Source: Chitinophagaceae bacterium (lineage in GTDB: Bacteria; Bacteroidota; Bacteroidia; Chitinophagales; Chitinophagaceae). Taken from it: DNA of 54,072 nucleotides. A program made the translations under genes and the position numbers. This document shows, in pieces, positions 1 to 9,010 of this stretch. The notes below the pieces were generated by a model. That model ran no database searches. It was not told the DNA's origin and saw nothing but the letters and a program-made list of their open reading frames with translations. Location of the stretch: NCBI GenBank assembly GCA_031386125.1, contig JANNCC010000040.1, positions 1-54,072 of the forward strand. Reading direction: 5' to 3'. Every line of letters starts with the position of its first letter. Position 1 is the first letter of the stretch.

Positions 1-244
1 CACCCATTGGAGCGGCTAATCCATAGTCCTTAGCTCCGTCCGCATCTGCTTTTCTTACTTCCGGATGATTGGCGAGGCCGAGGTAGTTATTCAAACTCCA
101 TACAATCATATCCTTGCCACGAAATTTCATGCGGCTTCCGATTTCTCCTTCTAATTTTGGGAAAGCAAAATACCCATGTGCTCTTTCACGATGCTGACCT
201 ATTGGGCCGGCATGTTTTAATAAACGTTCAAAAATATCTGCCAT
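1..244 (-). CDS. PLP-dependent alpha-oxoamine synthase family protein (AONS/SPT fold; resembles sulfonolipid cysteate acyltransferase SulA/CapB), 5' part only
   Basis: Not in ORF track. Manual translation from ATG at 244: MADIFERLLKHAGPIGQHRERAHGYFAFPKLEGEIGSRMKFRGKDMIVWSLNNYLGLANHPEV...; NNYLGL motif of class II aminotransferases. Runs off the window edge. Confidence 0.8.
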   Translation of the reverse strand, partial: MADIFERLLKHAGPIGQHRERAHGYFAFPKLEGEIGSRMKFRGKDMIVWSLNNYLGLANHPEVRKADADGAKDYGLAAPMG

Positions 245-288
245 AAATAAGTAGAATTTTAGAAAAATTAAGTGCTAATAAATTGCCG

Positions 289-296
289 CAAAGGTA
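289..296 (-). promoter_or_regulatory. Bacteroidota sigma70 -7 element (TACCTTTG) for the alpha-oxoamine synthase gene
   Basis: Matches TAnnTTTG consensus about 45 nt upstream of the ATG at 244. Confidence 0.55.
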
Positions 297-363
297 AGGT
301 TTTCAATGTTTTGGGAAAAGCCCAGTTTGCCTGCTTTATATTTATGAAAATCAGGGATTTAGA

Positions 364-759
364 CTATTTGCCAATTGGTTCTATCAAATCCCACAGATTG
401 CCATAGAGGTCTTTAAAAACTGCAACTGTTCCATACGGTTCAGTTACTTGCTCTCTTACAAATACAATTCCATTTTCCTGCATAGCTTTATAATCTCGTT
501 GAAAATTATCAGTATAAAGAAATAGGAAAACCCGGCCGCCGGTTTGATTACCGACTCTTGATTGTTGTTCATCAGTAGCTGCTTTGGCAAGTAGTAATTG
601 ACAACCCGTGGAACCGGGAGGAGCAATTAACACCCATCTTTTTGTTGCAGATAAAACCCTGTCTTCAATAAGAGAGAAGTTGAGTTGCTGTGTGTAGAAT
701 TTTATTGCGTCATCGTAATCGGCAACTACTACTGCAATATGGGCAAGTTCTTGTTTCAT
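364..759 (-). CDS. VOC/glyoxalase family protein
   Basis: HIAVVV..YDDAI.FY start and FKDLYGNLWDLIE end typical of glyoxalase/bleomycin resistance proteins. Confidence 0.9.
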   Translation of the reverse strand: MKQELAHIAVVVADYDDAIKFYTQQLNFSLIEDRVLSATKRWVLIAPPGSTGCQLLLAKAATDEQQSRVGNQTGGRVFLFLYTDNFQRDYKAMQENGIVFVREQVTEPYGTVAVFKDLYGNLWDLIEPIGK

Positions 760-765
760 AAAAAA

Positions 766-800
766 TCGGTTGCTGGTAATTTTAATTTATCAGCAACCGA
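766..800 (-). terminator. Rho-independent terminator-like hairpin
   Basis: TCGGTTGCTGGTAA...TTATCAGCAACCGA inverted repeat, followed by a T-run on the minus strand. Confidence 0.65.
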
Positions 801-853
801 AAGTTAGTTGCTATTGTTTTATTGAAATTAGTTTTTAATAGATTCTTATTCGC

Positions 854-1711
854 CTAATTACCATCGTATGCTTTCTGTAAATCAGCAATTACAATTTTTT
901 TCATCTTTAGCATTGCTTGCATGGCTCGGCCGGCTTTTTCTTTATCAGAGCTTCCCATAAGTTCACCAAGTTGAGTGGGTACAATTTGCCAGCTTACGCC
1001 AAACTTATCTTTCAGCCAGGCACACATACTTTCCTGTCCGCCATCTGCAGTTAATTTATTCCAGTAATAATCCACTTCTTCCTGGTCTTTACAATCAACC
1101 ACCAGAGAAATTCCTTCGTTAAAAATAAAATCATGACCACCGGGTCCATCCATTGACACCATATCATACCCGGCAATATTATACGCAGCATACATAAGTT
1201 TGCCTGCATATTCGTTTCCTTCCGGATATGGTGCTTTCATTGTTGTTGCAGAACCAGGAAAAAGATTTGTGTAAAAATCAATAGCTTCTTCCGCCCTGCC
1301 CAACACATCATTGGTAAAAAGCAGGGAAGGTGTAATAGACTGGCTATTGCTGTCAGTTCCATCTATCATTACCTGCCAGGTCACCCCATACTTATCTTTT
1401 ATCCATCCGTAGCGTTCACTCCAAGGATATTTATCAATTGGCATTAATACAGTGCCGCCGTCTGAAAGTTTGTTCCATGTAGCATCTGTTTGTTCAATGT
1501 TTTGGCATCTCACAAAAAAAGAAATGGACGGATTTATTGTAAACATCGGTCCGCCGTTCAGCGCCATAAATTTTTTTCCATTCAGTTCAAATATTTGAAC
1601 CATTCCTGAATCGACGATAATTTTTGAATTGTCAAAAACAGTACAATAAAATTCAGCGGCTTCTTTTCCTTTGCCATCAAACCAGAGGCAGGGATATATT
1701 TTGTTTGACAT
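854..1711 (-). CDS. Two-domain VOC family protein (PhnB / 3-demethylubiquinone-9 3-methyltransferase-like)
   Basis: PCLWFDG..EAAEFY, WIKDKYGVTWQ and WLKDKFGVSWQ motifs, duplicated domain. Confidence 0.9.
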   Translation of the reverse strand: MSNKIYPCLWFDGKGKEAAEFYCTVFDNSKIIVDSGMVQIFELNGKKFMALNGGPMFTINPSISFFVRCQNIEQTDATWNKLSDGGTVLMPIDKYPWSERYGWIKDKYGVTWQVMIDGTDSNSQSITPSLLFTNDVLGRAEEAIDFYTNLFPGSATTMKAPYPEGNEYAGKLMYAAYNIAGYDMVSMDGPGGHDFIFNEGISLVVDCKDQEEVDYYWNKLTADGGQESMCAWLKDKFGVSWQIVPTQLGELMGSSDKEKAGRAMQAMLKMKKIVIADLQKAYDGN

Positions 1712-1715
1712 GTTA

Positions 1716-2153
1716 TTATTTATTTTGACAATTAACCATCCAGTTTATTCCGAACTTATCAGTACAGCTTCCAAAGTAAGCTCCCCAAAACATATCCTGC
1801 ATTGGCATAGATATGCTTCCGTCGGCGGATAATGCACCGAACAATCTGTCTGCTTCTTCTTTGTTATCTGGTTCCAGATTAAGATTGACATTATTACCTT
1901 TTATTACTGTAAACCCCATTTCCGCTGGTGCATCAGTTCCCATCAGCTTGTGGCCGCCGGTAATGAGAAGTTCAACATGCATCACCAGGTTTTTTAATGC
2001 ATCAGGTGTGGGTGGCATTCCTTCCATAGGAGGCATACCTCCGAAACGCATAATGCCATTGCCGGTAAATTCGCCACCGAATATTGTTTTATAAAAATTA
2101 AAAACTTCTTCCGTATTGTTGGGAAAGTTTAAGTAAGTGCTGGTGCTTGCCAT
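1716..2153 (-). CDS. VOC family protein (PhnB-like)
   Basis: YLNF...EEVFNFY and MFWGAYFGSCTDKFGINWMVN motifs. Confidence 0.9.
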   Translation of the reverse strand: MASTSTYLNFPNNTEEVFNFYKTIFGGEFTGNGIMRFGGMPPMEGMPPTPDALKNLVMHVELLITGGHKLMGTDAPAEMGFTVIKGNNVNLNLEPDNKEEADRLFGALSADGSISMPMQDMFWGAYFGSCTDKFGINWMVNCQNK

Positions 2154-2170
2154 TGGTATAAATTTTATTG

Positions 2171-3031
2171 TTAAAAATTTGTTTCAGTATAGTTTTTAAA
2201 ATTGTTCAGTATCGCCTGCCAGCCGCCTCTTTGCAATTCTAATGTGTTCATGCTTTCGGCTTCAAAGCTTTCTTCTAAATAAGTTTTATCATCTTCTCTT
2301 ATAAATGTTATAGCAGCTGTTCGTCCATCATCCATGGTGTATTTGATGCTTTCATTTTCTATTACTTCTGTATAAACACCGGAAAAATCAAAACTAAAGC
2401 TACCATCCTTTGCCGCCATAGTAGTTGAAAACTTCCCACCAGTTCGTAAATCGTTTTCGGCTTTGGGACAATGCCAGTCATCGGATGCATGGCACCAGTT
2501 TACAATATGCTCGGGGGCAGTCCAACTGTTCCAAACTTTTTCCACAGGTGCATTTACTTCAGCTTCTATTGTTATCATGGTTCTGGCGGTGCCTTCGGCT
2601 AATGCTTTTACTTTTGCTAGTGCATTGGGCCACATTTTTTCAAACATCTCTTTAAATTCCGGAGCGATGTCCATGTCAATTAACAATGTAGTTGTTCCGT
2701 TTTCATCTTTGAGAGTATAGTTTTCTGTTGACCCTGCCCATATTTTTACTCTGTCGCTGGTTGTATCTTCCACGCCATCTTTTACTTCACCCAAATGCTC
2801 AAACGACATGTATTCATTTGGTTTATTTACCGCCACCTTGCTTACCATGCCACCGCTTCCTCCGGGGCCAAGAAATAAGACTTTAGTGCCTTCTTTCCAG
2901 TTATCTGTTTCCGCATACGAACCTTCGTGGAAAGCACTTGTCCAAGCTTTGTAAGAATCGAGGTTCCAGAGCATCTCCCATACTTTTTCTTTGGGAGCAT
3001 TTATTTCCGTAGAGAAATTAAGTTTTTCCAT
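2171..3031 (-). CDS. Tandem SRPBCC/AHSA1 domain protein
   Basis: Two INAP.EKVW repeats; C-terminal GWQAILNNFKNY motif. Confidence 0.85.
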   Translation of the reverse strand: MEKLNFSTEINAPKEKVWEMLWNLDSYKAWTSAFHEGSYAETDNWKEGTKVLFLGPGGSGGMVSKVAVNKPNEYMSFEHLGEVKDGVEDTTSDRVKIWAGSTENYTLKDENGTTTLLIDMDIAPEFKEMFEKMWPNALAKVKALAEGTARTMITIEAEVNAPVEKVWNSWTAPEHIVNWCHASDDWHCPKAENDLRTGGKFSTTMAAKDGSFSFDFSGVYTEVIENESIKYTMDDGRTAAITFIREDDKTYLEESFEAESMNTLELQRGGWQAILNNFKNYTETNF

Positions 3032-3036
3032 ATTGC

Positions 3037-3444
3037 TTATTTTATTTGTAATTTTTTTGCTGGTTTGGTTTTTGCTTTTGCCAGGTTTTCTTTTGTCCTG
3101 TATTTTACCATTCTTGTTATCAGTGTTAGTGGAAGAGGCTTATCAAGCGGAAATTGTACCGTTCCTTTTCCTCCTTTATAGGCTGCCAATTCTTTTTTAA
3201 AAGCATCAGATCCTCTTGGTGCCGGATAAACACTTACATGATTTGTAAAGCCGGCAAAGAATATCAGCACACCGTGGTATTTATATCCTGCTATTCCATA
3301 GCTGATCACTTCTTCTGTCTGTGGCGGTGCTACTGCTTTTATTGTTTTGCGAATTTTTTTCAGCATCGTTTGTGTAGCCGGGGGAAATGCTTCAATGTAT
3401 TCGTCCACGGTTTTTGCAGGAACTCTTTTCATTGCTGTTGCCAT
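3037..3444 (-). CDS. DUF1801 (YdhG-like) protein
   Basis: TVDEYI, EEVISYGI, KGTVQFPLDKPLP motifs. Confidence 0.85.
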   Translation of the reverse strand: MATAMKRVPAKTVDEYIEAFPPATQTMLKKIRKTIKAVAPPQTEEVISYGIAGYKYHGVLIFFAGFTNHVSVYPAPRGSDAFKKELAAYKGGKGTVQFPLDKPLPLTLITRMVKYRTKENLAKAKTKPAKKLQIK

Positions 3445-3472
3445 AATTGTTTGCTTGACGTGAGGTAAGTTA

Positions 3473-4003
3473 TTATTTCTCCAGAATAGTTTTCAAATTC
3501 TCCAGGTTCTTCTGCATATCTTTTCCTACCAATGTTGGCATGAACAGGTTCATAAAGTTTCCAGGAAATTTTGATTTGCCATAAAAGGAATTGGACACCG
3601 TTGTTCCGCCATCAACAGCTGTTACGGTTGTGATTGCATTGTTAGTTCCCTCAAAAGGTTTTTTAAACCGAATCTCTACTTCCATGCTTTCGCCGTCGGT
3701 TAGTTTTTTTATTTCCTGTTCACCGATGCCTACGTTTTTATTGTTACTTGTCCAGGCTGATATGGCACCCACGGTTCCATCTGTGCCGGTATAAATTAAT
3801 TTGATATTCGGATCTTTCATTATCCACACACTGTAGTATTCCTGATTTTTCAACAGTTTGAGATAGTTGAACACTTCCTGTTTTGATTTAGTGATGGCAA
3901 TCTTTTTTTCAACACTAAATTCTCTTGGTGTAAAAAATGCAATGACAAGGAACAGGGCTACTATGCTTCCCAGTACAAGCAAAATGGTGATTAGGATGTT
4001 CAT
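3473..4003 (-). CDS. Membrane-anchored SRPBCC / polyketide cyclase family protein
   Basis: N-terminal TM helix; GTDGTVG..SAW, VGIGEQEI and LENLKTILE motifs. Confidence 0.85.
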   Translation of the reverse strand: MNILITILLVLGSIVALFLVIAFFTPREFSVEKKIAITKSKQEVFNYLKLLKNQEYYSVWIMKDPNIKLIYTGTDGTVGAISAWTSNNKNVGIGEQEIKKLTDGESMEVEIRFKKPFEGTNNAITTVTAVDGGTTVSNSFYGKSKFPGNFMNLFMPTLVGKDMQKNLENLKTILEK

Positions 4004-4149
4004 TTTTTTTATTGATTTTAGTTGACAATTAAAGCTAATTAATTTTTAGATTTTTTATCAAAATGGCTAAAAGTAATTATTGAATTTATACCTGAGGTTG
4101 GGGGAAACAGCGGTCAAATACCGGGATAAATACAAAAGGCAGGTAATGG

Positions 4150-4584
4150 TTAATTATTTTTCTCCAAATACTCAGGAAGAGCTTTGCCGATAATATGTGT
4201 CCAGCCTTCCACAAAACTGCTTTTTGCAAAATCTGAATTGTCGGTAACAAAAGTTTCTAATCCGGTATGAGTGAGTTTTATTTTTGTTTTATCTCCTTCG
4301 GGGGATAATTCAAATTCTACCAACGAATTGCCGGCCATGCCTTCATAACGCCAGGTATAACTTAGTTTCTTCATTGGTATCACTTCTTTTATTTCGCAGT
4401 GATGTATATACATTTCTCCTTTTCGTCCTTCGCCGCTGAATTGAAAAGTAAAACCAACTTCTGCTATAAAAGAATCCATCTTAAAATACCAGTTGTCCAT
4501 TTCATCTTTGCTGGTAATAGCCGCCCATACTTTTTCTATCGGGGCATTTAGAAGCCTTTCAGTTATGATTGGTTCGTTAGCCAT
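4150..4584 (-). CDS. SRPBCC/AHSA1 domain protein
   Basis: LNAPIEKVWAAIT, LSYTW, LTHTGLETF, GW motifs. Confidence 0.9.
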   Translation of the reverse strand: MANEPIITERLLNAPIEKVWAAITSKDEMDNWYFKMDSFIAEVGFTFQFSGEGRKGEMYIHHCEIKEVIPMKKLSYTWRYEGMAGNSLVEFELSPEGDKTKIKLTHTGLETFVTDNSDFAKSSFVEGWTHIIGKALPEYLEKNN

Positions 4585-5002
4585 TTTGTTTCAGTTTATT
4601 CTTAAATAATAAATTATCTACCGAATATTTTCCGCTGCCCATTATAAAAACGATAATTGATAATCCCATGAATACAAAGACAAGTTCTTTCATCATAAAG
4701 GCATCTTTGGCATGTGCGATAAAATAAGCAATGCACATAGTAAACAATATCGGGATAACGGAGAGGCGGGTGAGGAAACCGATTGTTACCAATATGCCGC
4801 AAAAGAACTCTGCAAATATTATCAGGTTGTAAGAAAGCTTGGCGCCAATGCCAATAATGTCCTTCATCATTGGTTGATAGGTATTGTACATATCAATTTT
4901 AATCCAGCCATGCCAGATAAAAAGGCCGCCTAGTAAAAAGCGAAGTAAGAGGGAAGCAACATCAGTGTTTAACGGTCTTACTCCAATTAGTGTATTTTTC
5001 AT
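4577..5002 (-). CDS. DoxX family membrane protein
   Basis: LLLR..LG..F..HG..K and GSGKYSVD motifs; four hydrophobic segments. Confidence 0.9.
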   Translation of the reverse strand: MKNTLIGVRPLNTDVASLLLRFLLGGLFIWHGWIKIDMYNTYQPMMKDIIGIGAKLSYNLIIFAEFFCGILVTIGFLTRLSVIPILFTMCIAYFIAHAKDAFMMKELVFVFMGLSIIVFIMGSGKYSVDNLLFKNKLKQNG

Positions 5003-5385
5003 TTTGTTGATTTTAGTGATTCTTGTTTTTTATTTTTGATTTTCTTTGCTGATGGTTTCGTTTGTCCACGGGACGCTGGGAGTATTTCAGCTAAATAATT
5101 TTCGAGTGCATCTAATTTAGCATTCCAGAATTGTTTGTACTGTTCCACCCAATCAGCTACTTCATTTAATTTTTGCAGTTTGGCTTCGCAAAACCGTTCC
5201 CTTCCTTTCTGTTTGATAACGATGAGGCCACACTCCGTGAGTATTTTAATATGCTTTGATATGGCAGGGCGGCTGATATCAAATTTTTCGGCCACCGCAT
5301 TTAGGTTCAGTGATTGAATGGAAATCATATTGATGATCTCTCTGCGGGTAGGGTCTGCTATGGCCTGGAACACATCTCTTCTCAT
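4999..5385 (-). CDS. ArsR/SmtB family transcriptional regulator
   Basis: DVFQAIADPTRREI, SRPAISKHIKIL, GRER motifs; first gene of the SRPBCC/VOC operon. Confidence 0.95.
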   Translation of the reverse strand: MRRDVFQAIADPTRREIINMISIQSLNLNAVAEKFDISRPAISKHIKILTECGLIVIKQKGRERFCEAKLQKLNEVADWVEQYKQFWNAKLDALENYLAEILPASRGQTKPSAKKIKNKKQESLKSTK

Positions 5386-5404
5386 GGTGTAATGGGTTTA
5401 TTGG

Positions 5405-5444
5405 GTAGCCAATCGGTTACAAATATAGGAAACCTTTTGGTTAC
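5405..5444 (-). promoter_or_regulatory. Paired ArsR operator palindromes flanking a -7 promoter element
   Basis: GTAGCC-AATC-GGTTAC (5405-5420) and GAAACC-TTTT-GGTTAC (5429-5444) bracket TATATTTG (minus strand, 5420-5427). Confidence 0.7.
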
Positions 5445-5537
5445 GCAAAATTGATTTTTTTAGAAAAATCTGAAATCGAGAAAAGTGAGGGGATTTATGT
5501 AATTCTTACAAGGGGTTTCTATTGCATAAACGATCGA

Positions 5538-6254
5538 TCAAAGGTTCAACACATCCCTCATCGTAAAACATCCTTTCTTATCTTTTATAAATTCTGCTGC
5601 CAGCACTGCCCCGGTGGCAAAGCCCTGCCGGTTATGTGCAGTGTGAATAATTTCAATAGTATCAACCACAGAAGAATATTTAATGCTGTGTGTGCCGGGG
5701 GCAGGATCAATCCGCTGGCTGATTATTTCAAGGTCTTCGGTGTTATCGCTTAATTCGTTTACCCATTGTTTTTTTCTTTTCACCTGCTCTAATATTTGTT
5801 CTGCCAGGGTAATAGCTGTGCCGCTGGGTGCATCCTTCTTTTGGGTATGATGTGTTTCATCTACTATTACTTCATATTCCTTATGCGATGCCATTAAAGC
5901 CGCCAGTTTTTTGTTGACTTCAAAAAAGATATTTACACCAACACTGTAGTTGCTCGAATAAATAAAGGAGCCATTTCTTTCAGCACAATTATTTTTTATT
6001 TCTTCCAATCGTTCTGTCCACCCGGTGGAGCCGCAAACTACAGGCACATCAAATTCAATACAGGCTTTCACATTATCATACGCCGTATGTGGACTGGTAA
6101 ATTCGATAGCTGCTTCTGCTTTCGCCATATTCTCTTTGGTAAACTCATGCAAATTGGGCTGGTCAATTTTTATAACTATTTCATGACCTCTCTGCAATGC
6201 CACTTCTTCAATGGCTTTGCCCATCTTACCATAACCAATCAATGCGATTCGCAT
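5538..6254 (-). CDS. dapB: 4-hydroxy-tetrahydrodipicolinate reductase
   Basis: GYGKMG, GSTGW, ETHHTQKKDAPSGTA motifs. Confidence 0.97.
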   Translation of the reverse strand: MRIALIGYGKMGKAIEEVALQRGHEIVIKIDQPNLHEFTKENMAKAEAAIEFTSPHTAYDNVKACIEFDVPVVCGSTGWTERLEEIKNNCAERNGSFIYSSNYSVGVNIFFEVNKKLAALMASHKEYEVIVDETHHTQKKDAPSGTAITLAEQILEQVKRKKQWVNELSDNTEDLEIISQRIDPAPGTHSIKYSSVVDTIEIIHTAHNRQGFATGAVLAAEFIKDKKGCFTMRDVLNL

Positions 6255-6322
6255 AATAGAAATTTAAGTAGTACAAATGTAACTATTAAAGCCCCTGACA
6301 TGCCCGAACTGGTATGGATTTA

Positions 6323-6979
6323 TTACTTGCCAATCTTCAGCACCAGGCTTAGGCCATTGGTCTTTGCCATGTCGCTGTAGCCGGGTTTGAATTTCAAACT
6401 CAGGTCGGGGCTAACGTCAAAACTTTTGAGGTGGGCATCTACGGAAGCATCTACTACATTAAGCCCCCAGAGTATAAGGAAGAATAAAGCAGAATAATCA
6501 ATATCCCGCCGGTATTGATTACGATAGAAACGTAATGTTTCTTCAGAAAATGGTTTCAGATAGGGTTTAACATCTGCATACAGAGTGGAGTCAGTTCTAA
6601 GAACCCGCATATTGTATTTTACTTTGTAAGCAAATTTGGTATCCTTGTAATTGCCAAGGTTAAAAAAGAAAACGCCGGCACAGGTACCCAAGGCCCCATA
6701 CACAATGGGAAGCTTCCAGTATTTTTTATTGTAAATCTGCCCAAGCCCTGGCAGAAGGGCCGAACGGATAGCTGCTTTTTTCGGACTGTGTGCGGCAAAA
6801 ACAGAATCGTATTTATTAGTGGAAACTTTTTTTGCTACAACAGGAGTAGAGTCTTTTTCAAGTTTAGCTGGTTTTGTCTTTTGTGCAAAAATAAATTGAC
6901 TGCACAAAATGAATAATAGCAGAAAAGCAATTTTTGTAGTAGCAAGAGTATTTAAAATTTGCTTCATCTGTTTGCTCAC
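6323..6979 (-). CDS. DUF5683-type hypothetical membrane/exported protein
   Basis: SPKKAAIRSALLPGLGQIYNKKYWKLPIVYG and LNVVDASVDAHL motifs; parB-X-dapB arrangement typical of Bacteroidota. Confidence 0.8.
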   Translation of the reverse strand: MSKQMKQILNTLATTKIAFLLLFILCSQFIFAQKTKPAKLEKDSTPVVAKKVSTNKYDSVFAAHSPKKAAIRSALLPGLGQIYNKKYWKLPIVYGALGTCAGVFFFNLGNYKDTKFAYKVKYNMRVLRTDSTLYADVKPYLKPFSEETLRFYRNQYRRDIDYSALFFLILWGLNVVDASVDAHLKSFDVSPDLSLKFKPGYSDMAKTNGLSLVLKIGK

Positions 6980-7031
6980 TTTTGAGAAATATCAGTTTAT
7001 CCGGGGTTATACTTGAAAATTGTTTGTTTGG

Positions 7032-7080
7032 TATTGAATCTTGATCATTCGATTCAAATATTCAATAATCAATATTTAAT
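7032..7080. repeat. Degenerate heptamer array with inverted arm
   Basis: TATTGAA TCTTGAT ... ATTCAAT AATCAAT ATTTAAT; TATTGAAT (7032-7039) is complementary to ATTCAATA (7060-7067). Confidence 0.5.
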
Positions 7081-7087
7081 TAAGAGA

Positions 7088-8005
7088 TTAATCCAATGGT
7101 GCATCCATTTGCCCGAGAATCTTATTCAGCTCATCCTGCGAATAATAATCAACGATAATTTGTCCGCTGCCGTTCCGGCTATGCCTGAGTTTTACCTGGG
7201 TACTGAAATGCGATGCTAATTTATCTTCTATTCGCTGAAATGCAGGTGGTAGCTGGCTTTTTGAAGATTTTTTAACACCACCACCCTGTTTATAGAGATT
7301 TCTTACTAAGGCTTCCGTTTGTCTCACCGACAAGCCTTTTTCTTTTATCTCTTTATAAATGAAAAGTTGTTTGTCAATCGTATCTACATTTATTAATGCT
7401 CTTGCATGGCCCATACTCAACTCACCACTGCGGACGGCCAATTGAATATCTGGCGGTAATTTTAATAGACGGATAAAATTAGCCACAGTACTTCTGTCTT
7501 TACCCATCCTTTCTGCTACTTGTTCCTGTGTGTAGTCCAATTCTTCCATCATCCGTTTGTAGCTGAGGGAAACCTCCATGGCATTTAAATCTTCCCGCTG
7601 CAAATTTTCAAGTAATGCCAGTTCGAGCAGCTGGACATCATTGGCCTGTCTTACATAAGCCGGAATATCTTTTATACCGGCCAGCTTTGCAGCCCGCAAT
7701 CTTCTTTCGCCGGCAATAAGGCGATATTTTCCATTGGCTAATCTGGAAACAGTTACAGGTTGAATTATATCATGAAGCTTAATCGAATTTGCTAACTCCT
7801 GCAATGCCTGTTCATCAAAATCACGGCGGGGCTGTTTGGGATTGGGCTCAATGTCATCAACCGAAATACGATTGGTGCCGGTTGCATTTTCAACAACTGT
7901 TGATTTTAATGAACCAGTTGTAGTCTTAAGGTCTGCATCAATATTCTGCAACAAGGAACGGATTCCTTTGCCGAGCAGTTCTTTATTTTGTTTGGGAGAA
8001 GTCAT
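7088..8005 (-). CDS. parB: Chromosome partitioning protein ParB
   Basis: LGKGIRSLL, NPKQPRRDFD, IAGERRLRA, LENLQREDL motifs. Confidence 0.96.
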   Translation of the reverse strand: MTSPKQNKELLGKGIRSLLQNIDADLKTTTGSLKSTVVENATGTNRISVDDIEPNPKQPRRDFDEQALQELANSIKLHDIIQPVTVSRLANGKYRLIAGERRLRAAKLAGIKDIPAYVRQANDVQLLELALLENLQREDLNAMEVSLSYKRMMEELDYTQEQVAERMGKDRSTVANFIRLLKLPPDIQLAVRSGELSMGHARALINVDTIDKQLFIYKEIKEKGLSVRQTEALVRNLYKQGGGVKKSSKSQLPPAFQRIEDKLASHFSTQVKLRHSRNGSGQIIVDYYSQDELNKILGQMDAPLD

Positions 8006-8038
8006 AAGAAAGTTGCGAGTTTGTTAATTGCTAGAAGC

Positions 8039-8842
8039 TCATAATTCCAGAATCCTTTCTTCATTCTTAATCTTCGTCATGTCGTTCTTCTGAAGAATTT
8101 CCTTTGCAAGGTTAAGATAATTCATCGAGCCTTTACTATTGGCATCGTATAATATTACCGGCTTACCGGCACTGGGGGCTTCGGCCAGTTTTGCATTGCG
8201 ATGGATGATAGTGCTGAATACCATGTCTTCGAAGTGGCGGCGTACTTCACTTACCACCTGGTTGCAGAGGCGAAGACGGCCATCGTACATGGTCATTAAT
8301 ATTCCTTCAATAACCAGCGCCGTATTTAACCGGCTCTGAACAATTTTGATAGTGTTCAATAATTTACCCAAGCCTTCTAATGCAAAAAATTCACATTGCA
8401 CCGGTACTACTACTGAATCGGCAGCACTCAATGCATTCACTGTAATCAAACCCAGAGATGGAGAACAGTCAATAACAATGAAGTCGTACTCTTCTCTCAC
8501 CGATTCCAATAAATTCTTCATCACCATTTCCCGGTTGGGATAATTTATCATCTCGATTTCAGCACCAACGAGGTCAATATGAGAAGGGATGAGATCAAGG
8601 TTGGGAATTTCGGTTTTTAAAATCACATCTTTTGGCTTTGCTTCATTTACCATGCAGTCGTACAGACTTTGGGTAACATTATGCAAATCAAAACCAACAC
8701 CGGTAGTGCTGTTGGCCTGCGGGTCGCCATCTACCAGCAATGTTTTGTATTCCAGCACAGCAAAACTTGCTGCCAGATTAATAGCAGTAGTTGTTTTGCC
8801 AACTCCACCTTTTTGATTTGCTACACCGATTATTCTTGCCAT
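8039..8842 (-). CDS. parA: Chromosome partitioning ATPase ParA/Soj (start reassigned to ATG 8842)
   Basis: [12 protein letters not shown] Walker [14 protein letters not shown]; -7 element TAATTTTG at 8909-8916 supports the later start. Confidence 0.96.
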   Translation of the reverse strand: MARIIGVANQKGGVGKTTTAINLAASFAVLEYKTLLVDGDPQANSTTGVGFDLHNVTQSLYDCMVNEAKPKDVILKTEIPNLDLIPSHIDLVGAEIEMINYPNREMVMKNLLESVREEYDFIVIDCSPSLGLITVNALSAADSVVVPVQCEFFALEGLGKLLNTIKIVQSRLNTALVIEGILMTMYDGRLRLCNQVVSEVRRHFEDMVFSTIIHRNAKLAEAPSAGKPVILYDANSKGSMNYLNLAKEILQKNDMTKIKNEERILEL

Positions 8843-9010
8843 TTTGCCGAAAACTCCTTGATAGTGATTGAATGTTAGTAGTAAAATTGCTGCCTGAAAC
8901 CAAGAGCACAAAATTAAGTTTTGCCCATTTTACAGGCGATTCAGGCAAAAATAAGTGTTCGCTAAAACAAAGCCGCTACTAATTTGTACTCTTATATTTA
9001 CCTATAATTT

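Noticed and set aside
5055-5082. GC-rich mini-palindrome (GTCC-ACG-GGAC) in the ArsR C-terminal tail, possibly a small inserted repeat
   Set aside because: Single copy in the window and only a 4-bp stem
5415-5444. GGTTACA at 5415 as a fifth ECF promoter
   Set aside because: No TYAC at the 16-nt spacing, wrong orientation for arsR, and it is explained as an operator half-site
8006-8055. Possible period-7 array at the parA-parB junction
   Set aside because: Too degenerate to distinguish from chance
7088-8911. parS site or origin near parAB
   Set aside because: No TGTTTCACGTGAAACA-like palindrome or DnaA-box cluster found by eye
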